A stretch of 64,000 nucleotides of DNA. Source: an uncultured Pseudomonadota bacterium (GTDB lineage: Bacteria > Pseudomonadota > Gammaproteobacteria > Burkholderiales > Eutrophovitaceae). The stretch is taken from positions 12,414 to 76,413 of the forward strand of contig CALJLA010000211.1 in assembly GCA_937983055.1 (NCBI GenBank). The letters are read 5' to 3'. Position 1 is the first letter of the stretch, and the number at the start of each line of letters is the position of its first letter. A program made the translations under genes and the position numbers. Shown one piece after another: positions 38,051 through 47,268 of the stretch. The notes beneath the pieces were generated by a model. That model was not told the DNA's origin and made no database searches. It saw only the letters and a list, made by a program, of their open reading frames with translations.

Positions 38051-38812
38051 TCAGAACTCGGCGACGACCGGCGCGTGATCGGAGGGACGTTCCAGGCTGC
38101 GCAGCTCGCGCACGATCTCGACCCGGCGGCAGCGCTGCGCAAGCGCGGGAGACACCAGGATGTGGTCGATGCGAAGACCCAGGCCGCGCTTGAACGCGTT
38201 CAAGCGGTAATCCCACCACGTGAACGATTTGTCCGGCTGCTCGAACAGGCGGAAGGCATCCACGAATCCAAGGTCGAGCAGGCGGCGAAACGCCGTCCGC
38301 TCCGGCTCGCTGAAGAGCACCTGCCCCTCCCACGCCTTCGGGTCGTGTACATCGCGCGGCTCGGGCGCGATGTTGAAATCTCCGACCACCGCGAGCGCCG
38401 GATGGCTGGACAACTCGGCCTCGATCCAGCGCGTGAAACGCTCAAGCCAGTCCATCTTGTACCGGTATTTGTCCGAATCCACGCTCTGGCCATTGGGCAC
38501 ATAGGCATTCACCACCCGGATATCGCCCGCGCTCGCCGCGATCACCCGCCGCTGCTCGTCGCCGAAATCCGGAATGCCCTTGAGCACCCGCGCCAGCGGC
38601 GTGCGCGATGCGATCGCCACGCCGTTGTAAGTCTTCTGACCCGAACAGACAGTCTCGTAACCCGCGTTGCGCAGCGCCTCGGCCGGGAAGTTCGCGTCCT
38701 CGAGCTTGGTTTCCTGCAGGCAAACGATATCGATCGGCTCGCGCGCCAGCCAGTCGAGCAGATGCGGCAGCCGCACCTTGAGCGAATTGACGTTCCAGGT
38801 TGCGAGCTTCAA
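38051..38812 (-). CDS. xthA: exodeoxyribonuclease III
   Basis: 253 aa with MKLATWNVNSLKVRL...CLQETK and the C-terminal SDHAPVVAEF. Confidence 0.92.
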   Translation of the reverse strand: MKLATWNVNSLKVRLPHLLDWLAREPIDIVCLQETKLEDANFPAEALRNAGYETVCSGQKTYNGVAIASRTPLARVLKGIPDFGDEQRRVIAASAGDIRVVNAYVPNGQSVDSDKYRYKMDWLERFTRWIEAELSSHPALAVVGDFNIAPEPRDVHDPKAWEGQVLFSEPERTAFRRLLDLGFVDAFRLFEQPDKSFTWWDYRLNAFKRGLGLRIDHILVSPALAQRCRRVEIVRELRSLERPSDHAPVVAEF

Positions 38813-39381
38813 TTCTCTTCTGCGGGCTCACCCGTTTCGGCCGGCGGCTGCTCCGCTCCGGCCTGCGCCTCGGGCGGTGCCGGTGGCGCCGGCGGCGTCG
38901 CCTGTTCGGGCGTGACCTTCACCAGCGCCGTCGCCGGATAGCCTGCCGCGTCGAGGGCGGTATTCCACTGGCCTGCCTCGAAACCGCGCAGCACGCTCTG
39001 GCCGACCTGCAGCACCGGCACCACGAGCTGGCCGCCCGCGAGCTCCTTCAGGCGATCCTGGAATGCCGGCTGCGTCGCGTCGTACACCGTGTGCGGGATG
39101 CCGCGCCGCGCCAGCAGCTCCGAGGCCCTGGCGCAGCCCTCTCCACAGCTGCTGGTGTACAACGCCACCGGAAAATTGCGCACCGCCCTGTCCAGTGCGT
39201 ACGGCAGCGGTTGGTCCGCAGGCTTGCCGGCGCCACGCCGTTCCTCGACATCGCGCGCATCCGGCGGGGGCGGCTGGTCGCTGTAGTTCACGTTGCCGTC
39301 CTTGTCCACCCAGCGATACATCTGCGCATGCGCCGCGCTCGCCAGCACGATCAGTCCAAGCAATACGCTCCGAGTCAACAT
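38809..39381 (-). CDS. DUF4124 + glutaredoxin-like domain secreted protein with Pro/Ala-rich tail
   Basis: A signal peptide, then MYRWVDKDGNVNYSDQPP (DUF4124), then VALYTSSCGEGCARASELLARRGIPHTVYD (thioredoxin-fold-like), then PPAPPAPPEAQAGAEQPPAE. Confidence 0.6.
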   Translation of the reverse strand: MLTRSVLLGLIVLASAAHAQMYRWVDKDGNVNYSDQPPPPDARDVEERRGAGKPADQPLPYALDRAVRNFPVALYTSSCGEGCARASELLARRGIPHTVYDATQPAFQDRLKELAGGQLVVPVLQVGQSVLRGFEAGQWNTALDAAGYPATALVKVTPEQATPPAPPAPPEAQAGAEQPPAETGEPAEEN

Positions 39382-39401
39382 GGCACCTCCCCAGGTGATG
39401 T

Positions 39402-41465
39402 TCAGGCCGCCTCCAGCATTCCGCTGTGCCGCAGCAGCGCATCGATCTTAGGTTCGCGTCCGCGAAAGGCGACGAACGATTCCAGTGCCGGCCGGCTGCC
39501 GCCGCGCGCGAGAATCTCGTCGAGAAACCGTGATCCGACGGCAGGATGGAGCACCCCGCCCTCTTCGAACAGGCTGTAGGCGTCGGCGGACAGCACCTCC
39601 GCCCATTTATAGCTGTAGTAACCGGCGGCGTAACCGCCACCGAAGATGTGCGAAAAACTGTTGGCGAACCGGTTGAACGCCGGCGGCACCAGCACCGCCA
39701 CCTGCCGGCGCACCCGGTCCAGCACCTGCATCGGCGTTTCGCCGCCGTCCGGGTCGAAGTCGTAGTGCAGGTGCATGTCGAACAGCGCGAATTCCAGCTG
39801 GCGGACGGTATGCATGCCGCTCTGGAAATTCTTCGCGGCCAGCATCTTGTCGAACAAGGCCCTCGGCAACGGGGCGCCGCTGTCGACGTGTCCGCTCATG
39901 TCCTTGAGCACATCCCATTCCCAGCAGAAATTCTCCATGAACTGGCTGGGCAGCTCGACCGCGTCCCACTCGACGCCGTTGATGCCCGATACGCCAAGCT
40001 CGTCGACCTGCGTGAGCAGATGGTGCAGGCCGTGGCCGAATTCATGAAACAGGGTGATGACTTCGTCGTGCGTGAGCAGGGCCGGCTTGCCGCCCACCGG
40101 GCGGGAGAAATTACAGTTCAGGTACGCGACCGGCGTTTGCACGCCGTCCGGCTTTCGGCGGCGCGTGATCGCGTCGTCCATCCAGGCACCGCCGCGCTTC
40201 GACGTGCGCGCATAGAGGTCGACATAAAAGCGCCCGACCAGGCTGCCCGCGTGATCGTGGATGGCGAAAAAACGCACGTCGTCGTGCCAGCGCGGCGCAT
40301 CGGCCGCGCTGATTTTCACCCCGTACAGCGTTTCGACCACCTTGAACATGCCCGCCAGCACCTTGTGCTCGGCGAAGTACTGCTTAACCTCCTGGTCGGA
40401 GAAGGCATACCGTGCGGCACGCAGTTTCTCCGACGCAAAGGGAATATCCCAGGCTTCCAGTGCCGGCAAGCCAAGCTGCTCTCGCGCGAAGCCGCGCAAT
40501 TCGTCCAGATCGCGCAGCGCATAAGGCTTCGCGCGCGCCCCGAGCTCCCCAAGAAACGCAAGCACCTGATCCGGCGTCTCCGCCATCTTCGGCGCCAGGG
40601 ACACTTCGGCGTAGTTGCCAAGGCCGAGCAGCCGGGCCTGCGCGCGCCGCAGGCGGAGGATGTCGACGATGATCGAGGTGTTGTCCCATTCGGACCGACC
40701 GAACTCCGAGGCCCGCGTGGCGTAGGCGCGATACATCTGTTCGCGCAGGCTGCGGTCTTGCGCATACTGCATCAACGGCATGTACGAGGGCGCGTGCAAA
40801 GTGAATTTCCAGCCCTTCCGGCCTTCCTGCTCGGCATTCTGGCGGGCACCCTCGACCACGTCGTCGGGGATGCCATGCAGCCGCGCCTCGTCCTCCACGA
40901 CCAGCTCGAAGGTGTTGGTGGCATCGAGCACGTTATCATTGAAGCGGGACGACAGCCTGGCCAGCGCCTCGGCGTTCGCTTTGAACTGCGCCTTGCGCTC
41001 GTCGGGCAGTTCCGCGCCGCCAAGCCGGAAATCGCGCAACTCGTTTTCGACGACCTTGCGCCGCGGGGCATCGAGCGCCGCGAACGCCGGCGACGCGGCG
41101 AGCGCCTTGTAGCGCCGGTACAACCCTTCGTTCTGCGCCATCTCGGTGAAGAACTGCGTGACCTTCGGAAGATTCGCGTTATAGGTTTCGCGCAGCTCCG
41201 GCGTGTTCATCACCGCATTGAGATGGGCGACCTGGCCCCAGGCGCGCCGCAGCCGCTCGATGGCATCGTCGAGCGGTCTCGCGACCTCCGCCGACTCCGG
41301 CGGCGCCCCGTCGTCAACGCCACGCCCCCCGCAGTCACCGCCCTCGGACGGCAACGGATCGACGGCAGGCGTGACATGGGCCGGCTCGATGTCGGCAAAT
41401 CGCGGCAGCCCGGAAAGGTCCAGCAGGGGATTCATCGTTTCGCTATGGGTACGGGTTTCAGACAC
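39402..41465 (-). CDS. prlC: oligopeptidase A (M3 metallopeptidase)
   Basis: 687 aa with the zinc motif FHEFGHGLHH and family-wide similarity. Confidence 0.9.
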   Translation of the reverse strand: MSETRTHSETMNPLLDLSGLPRFADIEPAHVTPAVDPLPSEGGDCGGRGVDDGAPPESAEVARPLDDAIERLRRAWGQVAHLNAVMNTPELRETYNANLPKVTQFFTEMAQNEGLYRRYKALAASPAFAALDAPRRKVVENELRDFRLGGAELPDERKAQFKANAEALARLSSRFNDNVLDATNTFELVVEDEARLHGIPDDVVEGARQNAEQEGRKGWKFTLHAPSYMPLMQYAQDRSLREQMYRAYATRASEFGRSEWDNTSIIVDILRLRRAQARLLGLGNYAEVSLAPKMAETPDQVLAFLGELGARAKPYALRDLDELRGFAREQLGLPALEAWDIPFASEKLRAARYAFSDQEVKQYFAEHKVLAGMFKVVETLYGVKISAADAPRWHDDVRFFAIHDHAGSLVGRFYVDLYARTSKRGGAWMDDAITRRRKPDGVQTPVAYLNCNFSRPVGGKPALLTHDEVITLFHEFGHGLHHLLTQVDELGVSGINGVEWDAVELPSQFMENFCWEWDVLKDMSGHVDSGAPLPRALFDKMLAAKNFQSGMHTVRQLEFALFDMHLHYDFDPDGGETPMQVLDRVRRQVAVLVPPAFNRFANSFSHIFGGGYAAGYYSYKWAEVLSADAYSLFEEGGVLHPAVGSRFLDEILARGGSRPALESFVAFRGREPKIDALLRHSGMLEAA

Positions 41466-41495
41466 GGCGTTTGGACCGCGAAAACGGCGCGGCGA

Positions 41496-42776
41496 TCACG
41501 ACCGCAGTTCGTGGACGATGCTGCCGGCCACGACAGTGAACAGCGCCCGTCCGGTCATCTCGAGGCCGTAGAACGGGGTGTTCTTGCCTTGGCTGTGCAG
41601 GGTGTCGTGGCCGACGGTCCACCGCGCCTGCGGATCGAACAGGCACAAATCGGCCGGCGCACCGACTTCGATGCGCCCGGAATCGAGCCCGAGCAATCGC
41701 GCCGGCTGCAGGGTGACCCGGGCAAGGGCCGAAGGCAGGGGCACCTTGGCCTGCTCGGCCCATTTCAGGGTGAGCGGCAGCAGCAGCTCGACCCCGCTCG
41801 CCCCCGGCGCCGCCTCGCCGAATGGCAGCTGCTTGGCATCGTCGTCGACCGGCGTGTGGTCGGAACAGAGGACGTCGATCGTCCCGTCGGCCAGCCCCCG
41901 TCGCAAAGCTTCGCGGTCGCGGGCGTCTCGCAACGGCGGCACCACGTTGCAATTGCTGTCGAAGTAGCCGATATCCATCTCGCTCAGGTGCAGATGATTC
42001 GCCGACACGTCCGCCGTGACGTCGAGACCCTTCGCCTTGGCTTGGCGTACCATCTCGACGGCCTCCGCGCTCGACAGGCGACACAGGTGGACACGGGCGC
42101 CGGTTCCCTCCGTAAGCCGCAGGATCGTGGCGAGCGCGACCGTCTCGGCCGCGACCGGCACCGGCGCCAGGCCGAGGCGGGTTGCCACCTGCCCGTCGTG
42201 GGCCACCCCGCCCCGGCCCAGCGCGGCATCCTGCGGGCGCAGCCACAGCGAGTAGCCGAACGTGCCGGCGTACTGCAGCGTACGCAACAGCACCTGATGA
42301 TCGGCAAGAGCAAAATCGGCCTGCGAGAAGGCCACGCATCCGGCGTCGGTGAGTTCGGCCATCTCGGTCAGGCGCTCTCCGCGAAGCCCGCGGGTCGCCG
42401 CGCCGACCGGAAACAGGCGCGCCAGTTGAAGGCTGCGGGCGCGATGCTTGAGCATCTCCACCAGGCCCGGCTCGTCCAGCGGCGGGTCGGTATCGGGCGG
42501 GCAGCAGAGCGCGGTGACGCCCCCCGCCACCGCCGCCGCCAGCTCGCTCTCCAGCGTGGCACGATGTTCCTCCCCCGGCTCGCGCACCCGCACCGACAGA
42601 TCCACCAGTCCGGGGCACACGACCAGGCCCGCGGCATCGATTATCCGGTCGGCCCGGAAGCCGGCCGGCGCCTGCCCCAGGGCGGCAATGCAACCTCCGG
42701 AAACAAACACGTCCTGGCGCCGGTCGCCGCCGCTGGCGGGGTCGATCACCCGGCCGCCACGCAGGTGCAGGTTCAC
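41496..42776 (-). CDS. dihydroorotase-like non-catalytic subunit (PyrC')
   Basis: 426 aa of amidohydrolase fold, but [14 protein letters not shown] replaces the metal-binding DxHxH motif (PGxIDxHVHxREPG). It overlaps pyrB by 4 nt, as in the Pseudomonas pyrB-pyrC' arrangement. Confidence 0.75.
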   Translation of the reverse strand: MNLHLRGGRVIDPASGGDRRQDVFVSGGCIAALGQAPAGFRADRIIDAAGLVVCPGLVDLSVRVREPGEEHRATLESELAAAVAGGVTALCCPPDTDPPLDEPGLVEMLKHRARSLQLARLFPVGAATRGLRGERLTEMAELTDAGCVAFSQADFALADHQVLLRTLQYAGTFGYSLWLRPQDAALGRGGVAHDGQVATRLGLAPVPVAAETVALATILRLTEGTGARVHLCRLSSAEAVEMVRQAKAKGLDVTADVSANHLHLSEMDIGYFDSNCNVVPPLRDARDREALRRGLADGTIDVLCSDHTPVDDDAKQLPFGEAAPGASGVELLLPLTLKWAEQAKVPLPSALARVTLQPARLLGLDSGRIEVGAPADLCLFDPQARWTVGHDTLHSQGKNTPFYGLEMTGRALFTVVAGSIVHELRS

Positions 42777-43729
42777 GGGGCGCTCCCGGCCAGAATCGAC
42801 ATCACCGCCATGCGCACGGCGATGCCAAAGGTCACCTGCGGCAGAATCACCGACTGCCTGCCGTCCGCGACCATGGAATCGATCTCGACGCCGCGATTCA
42901 TCGGCCCCGGATGCATCACGATGGCGTCCGGGCTCGCGACCGCGAGCTTCTCCGGCGTAAGACCATAGGTCTTGAAATACTCATGCGCGCTTGGCAGCAG
43001 CGCGCCGCCCATGCGCTCGTTCTGCAGTCTGAGCATCATCACCACGTCAACGTCGGCCAGCGCCTCGCGCATGTCGTGGAACACCTGAACGCCGAGCTCG
43101 GATACATGGTTGGGCAGCAACGTGCGCGGCGCCACCACCCGCACCTCGGCCACGCCCAGCGTGGTCAGCGCATGGATCTGCGAGCGCGCCACGCGAGAAT
43201 GCAGCACATCGCCGACAATGGCCACGCGCAGACCCTGAAATTCCTGCTTGTAGTGCCGAATGGTGAACATGTCGAGCAGCGCCTGCGTGGGGTGCGCATG
43301 GCGGCCGTCGCCCGCATTGATGACATGGATGTGCGGCGCGGCATGCTGCGCGATCAGGTGCGCCGCGCCGCTTTGAGCGTGGCGCACGACGAACATGTCG
43401 GCGTGCATCGCCGAGAGATTCGCAACCGTGTCGAGAAGCGTCTCCCCCTTGGACTGGGACGAGGTACCGATGCTGAGATTGATGACGTCCGCCGACAGCC
43501 GCTTGGCCGCGATCTCGAACGTGGTGCGGGTGCGGGTACTGGGCTCGAAGAAAAGATTGAATACCGCCTTGCCGCGCAGCAGAGGCACTTTCTTGATCTC
43601 GCGCTCTGTGACCGACAGGAAGGAACGCGCGGTGTCGAGGATGCGCAGCAGGATCTCCCGCGGCAGCCCCTCGGTTGTCAACAGATGGCGCAGTTCGCCC
43701 TTGTCGCCGAGCTGGGGATTGCGCGTCAC
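42773..43729 (-). CDS. pyrB: aspartate carbamoyltransferase catalytic subunit
   Basis: 318 aa with [13 protein letters not shown] and HPTQALLD. Confidence 0.95.
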   Translation of the reverse strand: MTRNPQLGDKGELRHLLTTEGLPREILLRILDTARSFLSVTEREIKKVPLLRGKAVFNLFFEPSTRTRTTFEIAAKRLSADVINLSIGTSSQSKGETLLDTVANLSAMHADMFVVRHAQSGAAHLIAQHAAPHIHVINAGDGRHAHPTQALLDMFTIRHYKQEFQGLRVAIVGDVLHSRVARSQIHALTTLGVAEVRVVAPRTLLPNHVSELGVQVFHDMREALADVDVVMMLRLQNERMGGALLPSAHEYFKTYGLTPEKLAVASPDAIVMHPGPMNRGVEIDSMVADGRQSVILPQVTFGIAVRMAVMSILAGSAP

Positions 43730-44247
43730 CGGCCGTCGCCTTCCTGCGACCGGGATTCGATCGCCAGGTGAAGCCGGCCGTCGCCGGCCCGGCTCAACAC
43801 GATGCGCTCATCGTCCGCCACCGGTAGTGTCGCCCCGAGGAACTGCGGCGAAATGGGGAGCTGGCGCCCGCCCCGGTCGACCAGCGCCGCCAGCATGACC
43901 TTGCCGGGCCGGCCGTAGTCGAAGATCTCGTTCATCGCGGCGCGGATGGTGCGCCCGGTATAGAGCACATCGTCCACCAGCACGATATCGCGTCCCGCGA
44001 CGTCGAACGAAATGTCGGAAGGCCGTACGTTGGCGTTAAGCCCTCGGTGGGCATAGTCGTCGCGGTAAAACGCAACGTCGATGGTACCCAGCGGCACCTG
44101 AAGGTCGAGCAGAGAATGCAGCCGTTGCGCCACCCACACGCCACCGGTATGTATGCCGACCAGTGCGGTGTCCGGCTTGAGCGCCGGACGCAACTGCTCG
44201 GTGAGCACCAGCAGCAGCTTTTCTGCGTCAGGCGTCGGTGTCGTCAT
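43726..44247 (-). CDS. pyrR: pyrimidine operon regulator / uracil phosphoribosyltransferase PyrR
   Basis: Start taken at ATG 44247, with PRPP motif [17 protein letters not shown]. The longer ORF to 44286 is also possible. Confidence 0.85.
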   Translation of the reverse strand: MTTPTPDAEKLLLVLTEQLRPALKPDTALVGIHTGGVWVAQRLHSLLDLQVPLGTIDVAFYRDDYAHRGLNANVRPSDISFDVAGRDIVLVDDVLYTGRTIRAAMNEIFDYGRPGKVMLAALVDRGGRQLPISPQFLGATLPVADDERIVLSRAGDGRLHLAIESRSQEGDGR

Positions 44248-44731
44248 GCCGCGCGAAATAGTCGTCGAGAATGGCCGAAGCGGCAACCTGGTCGAGGTAG
44301 GCCTTTTGCGCGCGCCCGCGAACCCCGGCGGCGCTCAACCGCTCGCCGGCCTCGGCAGAGGTGAAGCGCTCGTCCACCGAAGCCGTCGGCAGCCCGAAAC
44401 GCCGCTCAAGCTGCCGGCAGAAGGCGCGTACGCGCGGCGCAAGGGCATGCGGACTGCCCTCAACCGTGACCGGCATGCCAACCACCGCCAGCACCGGCCG
44501 CCATTCGGCGACCAGGGCCGCGATACGTTCGAACCGGCGACCGGGGTCGGCCGCGTCGATGGTTTCCAGCGGATGCGAGATTTTCAGCGCAAGGTCTCCC
44601 ACCGCCACGCCCAGCCGGCGCTCACCGAAATCGAACGCCAGCACCACGCCTGAGGAACGGCCAGCATTGGGAACCGGGGACGGGCCTGACGGGGAACTGC
44701 GGCCGGCGCCCATCGCCCGAGCCGTCACCAC
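44228..44731 (-). CDS. ruvX: Holliday-junction-resolvase-like nuclease YqgF/RuvX
   Basis: Contains VLAFDFGERRLGVAVGD. The start is uncertain, since the family is usually ~140 aa and an internal ATG 44713 or GTG near 44647 is possible. Confidence 0.85.
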   Translation of the reverse strand: MVTARAMGAGRSSPSGPSPVPNAGRSSGVVLAFDFGERRLGVAVGDLALKISHPLETIDAADPGRRFERIAALVAEWRPVLAVVGMPVTVEGSPHALAPRVRAFCRQLERRFGLPTASVDERFTSAEAGERLSAAGVRGRAQKAYLDQVAASAILDDYFARHDDTDA

Positions 44732-44752
44732 CGGGGACCGGTTGCCCTGGCG

Positions 44753-45319
44753 TCAGGCATGACCCACGTCCTCCGACAGGCTGGCGGGATCGACGCCGAG
44801 CAGGTCCAGCGCGGCGGGCAGGCGATCCTCGGCCGGCATGTCGAACATGACAGCGGCCTGCGCACCCACCGTGAGCCAGGCGTTTTGCTTCAGCTCTTGC
44901 TCGAGCTGACCCGGTGCCCAGCCCGCGTAACCAAGAGACACAAGGATGTCGCCAGGCTTGGGCCCATGACCGTCGCTCAAGGCCTGGAGAATGTCCTTCG
45001 ACGTGGTCAGCCCCACTTCATCGTTGACCGACAGGGTCGACTGCCACTCGCCGACCGGCCGGTGCAGCACGAAGCCGCGATCGACCTGCACCGGTCCGCC
45101 GAAGTAGACCGGCAGCTTGGCCAGGGCAGGGTCCGCCAATGCGATTTCGACTTGCTCGAACAGGGCGCCCAGCGTCATGTCGGTCGGCCGATTGACGACC
45201 ACGCCAAGCGCCCCCTGCTCGTTGTGCTCGCAGATGAAGGTCAGGGACTTGGCGAAGTAGGGATCGACCATGTTGGGCATGGCGATCAGAAAATGATTCG
45301 TGAGGTTCACGCTTTGCAT
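44753..45319 (-). CDS. YqgE/AlgH family protein
   Basis: 188 aa with [38 protein letters not shown]. Confidence 0.88.
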   Translation of the reverse strand: MQSVNLTNHFLIAMPNMVDPYFAKSLTFICEHNEQGALGVVVNRPTDMTLGALFEQVEIALADPALAKLPVYFGGPVQVDRGFVLHRPVGEWQSTLSVNDEVGLTTSKDILQALSDGHGPKPGDILVSLGYAGWAPGQLEQELKQNAWLTVGAQAAVMFDMPAEDRLPAALDLLGVDPASLSEDVGHA

Positions 45320-45428
45320 CGGCGCACCGGAGACATTCTAAACCGCGCGGTCTGCGGCGCCAATGTCCGCACGTATAATGCCTTCAGGTAACCGTCATTG
45401 ACGCGCTCGCTGCCGGAGCGGATCTCCC

Positions 45429-45989
45429 CTGGCCACCGAACAGGAACTTTCCAGCTTTCTTGCGGATGTCGAACGCCGCGCCTTCAGACAGGCAATGTTC
45501 GCAGTGCGGGATGAGCACTCGGCGCTGGACATCGTGCAGGACGCCATGCTGAAGCTGGCGGATCGCTACTCGCAGCGGCCCGCCGCAGAACTGCCGTTGC
45601 TGTTCCAGCGCATCCTGCAGAACACGATCCGCGATTATTATCGCCGCCAGAAAGTCCGCTCGACCTGGACGACGTTGTTTTCGTCGTTCAAGTCCGGGGA
45701 CGACGGCGAGGATTTCGACTTCCTCGAGAACCTGGAAACCGAGGCCGGACAGGCGGCCAGCCCCGCCAACCTGATGGAGCGCAGCCAGCTCGGCGCTCTC
45801 ATCGAACAGGCGCTGCAGCGGCTGCCGCCGCGTCAACGCGAGGCTTTTTTGCTGCGTTACTGGGAGGAGTTGGACGTGGCCGAAACCGCGGTCGCAATGG
45901 GCTGTTCGCAGGGTAGCGTGAAGACTCACTGTTCCCGGGCGACGCACGCGATAGCGGCCTTTCTGAAAGCCCAGGGGATCGAGTCATGA
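45429..45989 (+). CDS. ECF-type sigma-70 family sigma factor (apparent CTG start)
   Basis: Region 2 DIVQDAMLKLADRY and region 4 EAFLLRYWEELDVAETAVAMGCSQGSVKTHCSRA. The conserved-looking N-terminus ATEQELSSFLADVERRAFRQA lies upstream of the first ATG (45495). See the finding on this start. Confidence 0.7.
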   Translation: MATEQELSSFLADVERRAFRQAMFAVRDEHSALDIVQDAMLKLADRYSQRPAAELPLLFQRILQNTIRDYYRRQKVRSTWTTLFSSFKSGDDGEDFDFLENLETEAGQAASPANLMERSQLGALIEQALQRLPPRQREAFLLRYWEELDVAETAVAMGCSQGSVKTHCSRATHAIAAFLKAQGIES

Positions 45990-46372
45990 ACGAGCACGAT
46001 CTTGCCAGGCAGATCGTCAGTGAACTCGATCGACGCCTGGCAGACATTTCGCCCAATACCTCGACGCGACTGGCCGAGGCGCGAGCGGCCGCGCTGGCGG
46101 CTCATCGCCGGCGGCGCAGCGCGTCTCCGCGCCGGGCCGCCGCCATGGACTGGCTGCGCAGCCAGGTGGCAATGCATCGTACCGCCTTCAAGGTGGGCAT
46201 TCCGGTCGCCGTCGCCGCCCTGCTTGCGGCCAGCGTGCTGTACGTGGACAACACGATGCGGCGTGATGCCCTGGAAGTCGAGGCCGCCCTGCTGGCGGAC
46301 GAACTGCCCATCCACGCCTATACCGACCCGGGATTCGATGCATGGCTCAGACACACCTCGGACGAGCAGTAG
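45986..46372 (+). CDS. DUF3619 membrane protein (putative anti-sigma partner)
   Basis: 128 aa with one TM segment (VGIPVAVAALLAASVLYV) and the C-terminal ELPIHAYTDPGFDAWL. 4-nt overlap with the sigma gene. Confidence 0.7.
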   Translation: MNEHDLARQIVSELDRRLADISPNTSTRLAEARAAALAAHRRRRSASPRRAAAMDWLRSQVAMHRTAFKVGIPVAVAALLAASVLYVDNTMRRDALEVEAALLADELPIHAYTDPGFDAWLRHTSDEQ

Positions 46373-46782
46373 CGCTCGGCGTCTTGTTGCACCTGTTCTC
46401 CGGCGCGGGCGCGGAACCGGCGCGTGCCCAGGCGGCACCAAGCTGGGTGCAGTTAAGCGCCCAGCAACGCGAAATTCTGGCGCCACTGGCGGCGGAATGG
46501 GATGCGATCGAGCCGCAGCGCCGGGAGCGCTGGCTGGAGCTGGCGGCCCGCTATCCCGACATGCCGGTGGAACGCCAGCAACGCGTCCAGGCGCGCATGC
46601 GCGAGTGGGCGCAGCTGACCCCCGAGCAGAAGGCCCGCGCCCGCGAACGCTACCGCGCGCTGCAGGAACTGCCGCCCGAGCGGCGCGAGGAGCTGCGCCG
46701 TCGCTGGCATGAGTACCAGCAGCTGCCCGAGGACCAGCGGCGCGAATTCCGGCAGAGGTACCAGCTGCGCGATGCCGACTGA
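46342..46782 (+). CDS. DUF3106 protein
   Basis: A signal-like N-terminus is followed by repeated W..L...QRE/ERR..W helical motifs (WVQLSAQQREILAPLAAEWDAIEPQRRERWLELA...). Confidence 0.65.
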   Translation: MAQTHLGRAVALGVLLHLFSGAGAEPARAQAAPSWVQLSAQQREILAPLAAEWDAIEPQRRERWLELAARYPDMPVERQQRVQARMREWAQLTPEQKARARERYRALQELPPERREELRRRWHEYQQLPEDQRREFRQRYQLRDAD

Positions 46783-46791
46783 GGCGCCCCG

Positions 46792-47247
46792 GTGAACGGG
46801 CCGCAACGGCCGGTCGGCGCCGGGCTGCCACGGCGCATGGCGGCAATGGCCTACGAGGCCGTACTGCTGTTCGGCCTGCTGTTCGTCGCCGGCTATCTGT
46901 TCGTGGCCTTGGCGCGCGACGCCCAGTCCGGGCTGCCGCGACTGGCGTTCCAGGTCTACCTGTTCGCGGTGTGCGGCGCCTATCTGTTGTATTGCTGGCT
47001 GCGCACCGGTCAGACCCTGGCGATGAAGACCTGGGGCATCCGCCTGGTTGCACGCGACGGCGCACCGCTGCCCCCGACCCGGGCACTGCTGCGATACCTG
47101 CTGGCAATTCCAAGCGTCTTGAGCGGCATCGGGCTGGCGTGGGCGCTGCTCGATCGCGAAGGCCTGTTCCTGCACGACAGGCTCGCCGGCACCCGGCTGA
47201 TCAGCGTCGACCGGATCGCCGGCGGCGGAGCGGCGGACGCCGGCTGA
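46792..47247 (+). CDS. RDD family membrane protein
   Basis: 151 aa with RRMAAMAYEAVLLFGLLFVAGYLF and the RDD-like LHDRLAGTRLI. Confidence 0.7.
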   Translation: MNGPQRPVGAGLPRRMAAMAYEAVLLFGLLFVAGYLFVALARDAQSGLPRLAFQVYLFAVCGAYLLYCWLRTGQTLAMKTWGIRLVARDGAPLPPTRALLRYLLAIPSVLSGIGLAWALLDREGLFLHDRLAGTRLISVDRIAGGGAADAG

Positions 47248-47268
47248 CAGCCCCGGAGCGCCAGCGCA

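Noticed and set aside
39546-42968. A 1140-aa + strand ORF, the longest in the track.
   Set aside because: It lies antisense to three well-supported genes (prlC, pyrC', pyrB). It is extremely rich in R/A/G/P/H with no recognisable motif. This is the usual stop-poor antisense frame of high-GC DNA.
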